Below, in pieces: positions 60,665 through 64,000 of a DNA stretch of 64,000 nt. The stretch spans positions 39,995 through 103,994 of IMG/VR virus record IMGVR_UViG_3300009873_000081, one strand, 5' to 3'. Within the stretch, counting starts at the first letter, position 1, and every line of letters begins with the position of its first letter. The notes below the pieces were generated by a model. The model was not told where the DNA came from. It searched no databases and was given only the letters and a program-made list of their open reading frames with translations. The translations under genes and the position numbers were made by a program. The DNA is from a virus (taxonomy: Duplodnaviria; Caudoviricetes).

Positions 60665-60811
60665 CTTTTGACCCCTCGCAAGAGCCGCCAGCCGAGTCTC
60701 TCTTACTCCGGACAAAGCTGGCGGTGATTTTAAAAAATGGGTTAAAAAAGACTTGACTTTTGATAAAAATTTACTTATATTAGATTATGGAAATTAAATA
60801 AGGATAAACCA

Positions 60812-61520
60812 ATGACACCGAAAAAAATCTATAACAAAATCGAGCAAAATGCCGAATATATTTTGATCCCTGGCGGCAGTTATAAATTTTCGGTGGCCAG
60901 AAAAACGACGCAAGTGCCGGATTTGTATTTCGCCAAATATAAGGAAAAAAACATGATCACACCAACAAAAAACTACATCGAACCACAAAATCCACTCGTG
61001 GGCAATCGTGTACCCTGTCCATTTGGCTGCACTCATCAACATCTGGTTGTAGCAGGCCGCCAAATCGTGCAAGACGCATTGCAACGGCCAGAATATCAAT
61101 TCACTGGCGAACGGACATCAATCTGCGGCAGCCTCGCAAGCGCGACAAAACAAAAGGCCTGCCGGATTGTTTGGGCTTCCGGCAGACTGTTGACCGAATC
61201 CGAAGCCAATGAGCTTTACAAGCTTTGGCAAGCCGAAATTTTCAGAGAGGCGGCAGAGTATGGCGCTCATTAAAAAGTTGTCTATTGGCAAAATTGATTT
61301 CGATTCGTCTGGCCAGGTGGATGGCATTGACGCCATAACTGGCGTGCCTCCGATTCAAGAGCTTAAAATATACATCGAGCGTTCTGGCAAAGACCTAACC
61401 ATACTGCCGACTGAAAAAATCTCCGGAAAATCTGTCAGGCTGCCGTTGAGACTGGCTGGCAAACTGCTTAGGCTGGTAAAAGACTTCGATAAAATTGGAA
61501 GAAAGGCTGTGGACTTATGA
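60812..61520 (+). other. FGE-like fragment fused to a hypothetical ORF (60812-61273) and a further small ORF (about 61260-61520)
   Basis: YILIPGGSYKF...VPDLYFAKY, then an internal RBS and ATG at 60953. Confidence 0.5.
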
Positions 61521-61561
61521 AAATACTTTTTGTACTTTCCATGTCGTGGTTGGAGATATAA

Positions 61562-62551
61562 ATGAGCATAGTTATTTTTTCTGATACTCATTTCGATAGT
61601 GGCGATCCTTATAAGCTAAGTCAGCACAAAGAAAATGCTTTAAGGATCGCACTCGAATATGTGATAAAAAACGATCTCGGTGTTCATGCAGGCGATCTTT
61701 TTCATAGAAGGAATCCTAATACTGATATTTTAATTTGGGTTTCAAGAATATTTTCTGATGTCTTAGGCAATAGAATAAAAGACTTCATTACGTTAGTTGG
61801 TAATCATGGCGACAACGAGCGCGAGTTCAGCCCAATGGAGGTATTTGCCAACGGCGCAAAGTGTTACGGTGCTGCCATGACTTTCATCGGCAGCAAGTCT
61901 TATCCTTACGACACCATCCTTTTCAGAGGATGGCTTTCTAATAGTTTTGAAGGACTGAATAAAACTCCTGATGTCAAATATCTCATCACTCACGCCCGCG
62001 TCAAAGAGTGGGTGTTTGGCTCAAGCGAAAAAGCCTTTGCAAAATCGGAGCTTTTAAATCTCGGCTTCGATAGAATACTTTTGGGAGATAACCACAAGGC
62101 CAGAGACGAGGGAGTTTTAGTATCGGTAGGCTCGCTTTGTCCTAAGGACTTTGCTGATCGAGACGTAGTAGCGGGATTTGTCGTTTTCGATCCCGACCAC
62201 AACGAGTACAAGCGTGTGACGATTCCAGACTATCCTATCTTTCGGATAGTTGAGATTTATGAGCACGTCGAATTTGAGCCAAATCCTGAATACATCAAAG
62301 CCAACATTATCCGATTGAAATTTATCGGAAGTCCTAAATTCGTCCAAGACAAGTCAAATCAAAAACTGTGGCTGCAAAAGATTTGGGCGATGCAGCCGTA
62401 TCACGTGGACGAGCGGCCTGAGATATTTCAAATCAACCCTGAGCTTGCGCTGAACAGAGCGGAAGAAATTCCGATTGAAGAAGAGATAAAACAAGCTGCA
62501 AAGGCTCAGGATTGGTCACAAGGGTCGCTTAACGTTGCTTTAGGGTGCTGA
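61562..62551 (+). CDS. SbcD/Mre11-like metallophosphoesterase nuclease
   Basis: FSDTH, AGDLF, VGNH, ITH, LGDNH, VGS. Confidence 0.88.
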   Translation: MSIVIFSDTHFDSGDPYKLSQHKENALRIALEYVIKNDLGVHAGDLFHRRNPNTDILIWVSRIFSDVLGNRIKDFITLVGNHGDNEREFSPMEVFANGAKCYGAAMTFIGSKSYPYDTILFRGWLSNSFEGLNKTPDVKYLITHARVKEWVFGSSEKAFAKSELLNLGFDRILLGDNHKARDEGVLVSVGSLCPKDFADRDVVAGFVVFDPDHNEYKRVTIPDYPIFRIVEIYEHVEFEPNPEYIKANIIRLKFIGSPKFVQDKSNQKLWLQKIWAMQPYHVDERPEIFQINPELALNRAEEIPIEEEIKQAAKAQDWSQGSLNVALGC

Positions 62552-62552
62552 G

Positions 62553-62747
62553 ATGAAAGATAGAACAATCTACGCTGAAAAGTATAAAAAACGTAGTATG
62601 TTGGTAAGAAAGGACAGACTGCCCAAAAAGTTGCCAATGTTTAATGATAATGTGAAGATCGAAGAAATAGAAATTACTGAATTCGGCAAGCTCGAAAGAG
62701 ATGGCAAAGAGTTTGAGTACGCTATCTGTAAAATACTTGTTTCCTAA
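62553..62747 (+). CDS. Hypothetical protein
   Basis: Fills the gap between the SbcD-like and SbcC-like genes. Confidence 0.45.
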   Translation: MKDRTIYAEKYKKRSMLVRKDRLPKKLPMFNDNVKIEEIEITEFGKLERDGKEFEYAICKILVS

Positions 62748-64000
62748 TGCAATACACTCTCCAAATAGACGGTCAGTTCTGCTCTTTGCAAGATCGAGAG
62801 TTTGAGTTCCCATCTGGGATGACGATTGTCAGCGGCAAAAACGGGAGCGGCAAAAGCTCATTGCTTCGCGCCCTGACATTAGCTATCACAGATAAAAGCT
62901 TGGGCGACCGAGGCAACCAGGGTAGCCGTCCAGATACCTACTACACACTCAAGCTTGCCAATGGTGTGTTTGAAACCGAATCTGGGCGTACTGAAAAAGA
63001 AGGCCTTATTTTTACCGGAAGCTACCCAAACGGAGAGTTAAAAGGCGAACGGCAAGAAAACATAAATAAATTCTTGGGCTGGCTTGAGATTAAGCCAGGG
63101 TCGGCGTTTGATACGTTGCTTGAAAGGATTCAGTTTAGCGAAGCCAGCCCAAGCATATTTACATTGACACAAAAGAAGTTGCTGGAAAGCGTGACCAGCA
63201 GCTTGTCCGACCGCACGAGGCAGTACCAAGTCAAATTTAACAACATCAAGATCGAACGCGACAGGATAGCAGCAGAATTAAAAACTGCAAGGCAACGAGC
63301 GCAAGATTTATCAGGCTCAGAGTTTGTTTCTACAGATGAGCTTGAAGAAAAGATCGTGCTCGAATCGGCAAAAATCAACAACAGGCCAGAACCGTTTAAA
63401 ATACCTTATCTGCAAAAGCAGATAGAAGAGCAGAGAATCGAGCTTAAGCAATCAAATCAAAAGTTCGATGCACTTTGTCTGCAAGCGCAGAAAAGAATCG
63501 ACGCGCTCAAAACCAAACTTGTAGATAAACAACTTGACGAAAAAGAAATAAAAAACACTCGTGATAAAGTTTTTCGAGAACTTTCAGTTTTAGATTCTGA
63601 GATTCAAAAACTCCGCGCCAGCCTGATAAAGCCTTTATATTGTCCGGAATGCAATACCGCTTTGGTCTTGGCTGGACAAACGCTAAAAATAGTAGCGATG
63701 GAATCTTTGGCAGAGCTACAACAACAGATCAAAGAAAAATCCGAAGCTAAAGCACAACTGGGAGCAAAAGAGAACGATTTAAACTATAAGCTCGATTTGC
63801 TTGAAGAAAAGAAAGAGCTTGACCGCCTGTTGACTGGATTAGAAAAGGCACATATCGAGCATCAAGCCAAAGGTGAGGAGATCACTGAAAAAATCAACAA
63901 ACTCGGAGCCACGTTAAAAGACGCTATCGAAGCCGAGCCGTTCTGGAAGCGCGTAGACGAACTGCAAAAAGAATTGGCAGTTATCAAGAGCAACAACAAA
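62747..64000 (+). CDS. SbcC/Rad50-like ATPase (runs off window)
   Basis: Not in the track. MQYTLQIDGQFCS...IVSGKNGSGKSS Walker A, long coiled coil, CPEC zinc hook near 63641. Confidence 0.88.
   Translation, partial: MQYTLQIDGQFCSLQDREFEFPSGMTIVSGKNGSGKSSLLRALTLAITDKSLGDRGNQGSRPDTYYTLKLANGVFETESGRTEKEGLIFTGSYPNGELKGERQENINKFLGWLEIKPGSAFDTLLERIQFSEASPSIFTLTQKKLLESVTSSLSDRTRQYQVKFNNIKIERDRIAAELKTARQRAQDLSGSEFVSTDELEEKIVLESAKINNRPEPFKIPYLQKQIEEQRIELKQSNQKFDALCLQAQKRIDALKTKLVDKQLDEKEIKNTRDKVFRELSVLDSEIQKLRASLIKPLYCPECNTALVLAGQTLKIVAMESLAELQQQIKEKSEAKAQLGAKENDLNYKLDLLEEKKELDRLLTGLEKAHIEHQAKGEEITEKINKLGATLKDAIEAEPFWKRVDELQKELAVIKSNNK

Noticed and set aside
1-64000. Stop-codon reassignment (TAG or TGA)
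   Set aside because: Long genes are intact in the standard code, and TAA, TAG and TGA all end genes next to downstream starts.

Overview
A 64-kb slice of a large tailed (Caudoviricetes-like) phage genome in the standard genetic code. The host cannot be determined; promoters are sigma70-type and RBSs are AGGAG-like. The left arm (1-17.2 kb, minus strand) holds packaging genes (portal, terminase large subunit, and a second gene that looks like TerS fused to an inactivated terminase ATPase), two SAM methyltransferases, a radical SAM enzyme, a LAGLIDADG endonuclease, two TnpB genes and a Tad1/Acb2-like anti-defence protein. The right arm (17.3-64 kb, plus strand) holds many small early genes behind a repeated TTGACT-17-TATATT promoter, then Nudix and macrodomain genes, and a replication module (primase-helicase, split family A polymerase, SbcD/SbcC). 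The best candidate for a new system is at 41.0-46.3 kb: Ubl, Ro60/TROVE-vWA, E2-like, (inserted HNH), JAB and ThiF/E1 genes, followed by a separately promoted array of four Y-RNA-like RNAs carrying tRNA-like arms. The second is a TnpB cassette bounded by 34-bp inverted repeats whose exact removal restores an in-frame gene. All protein assignments come from motifs recognised by eye, not from database searches.
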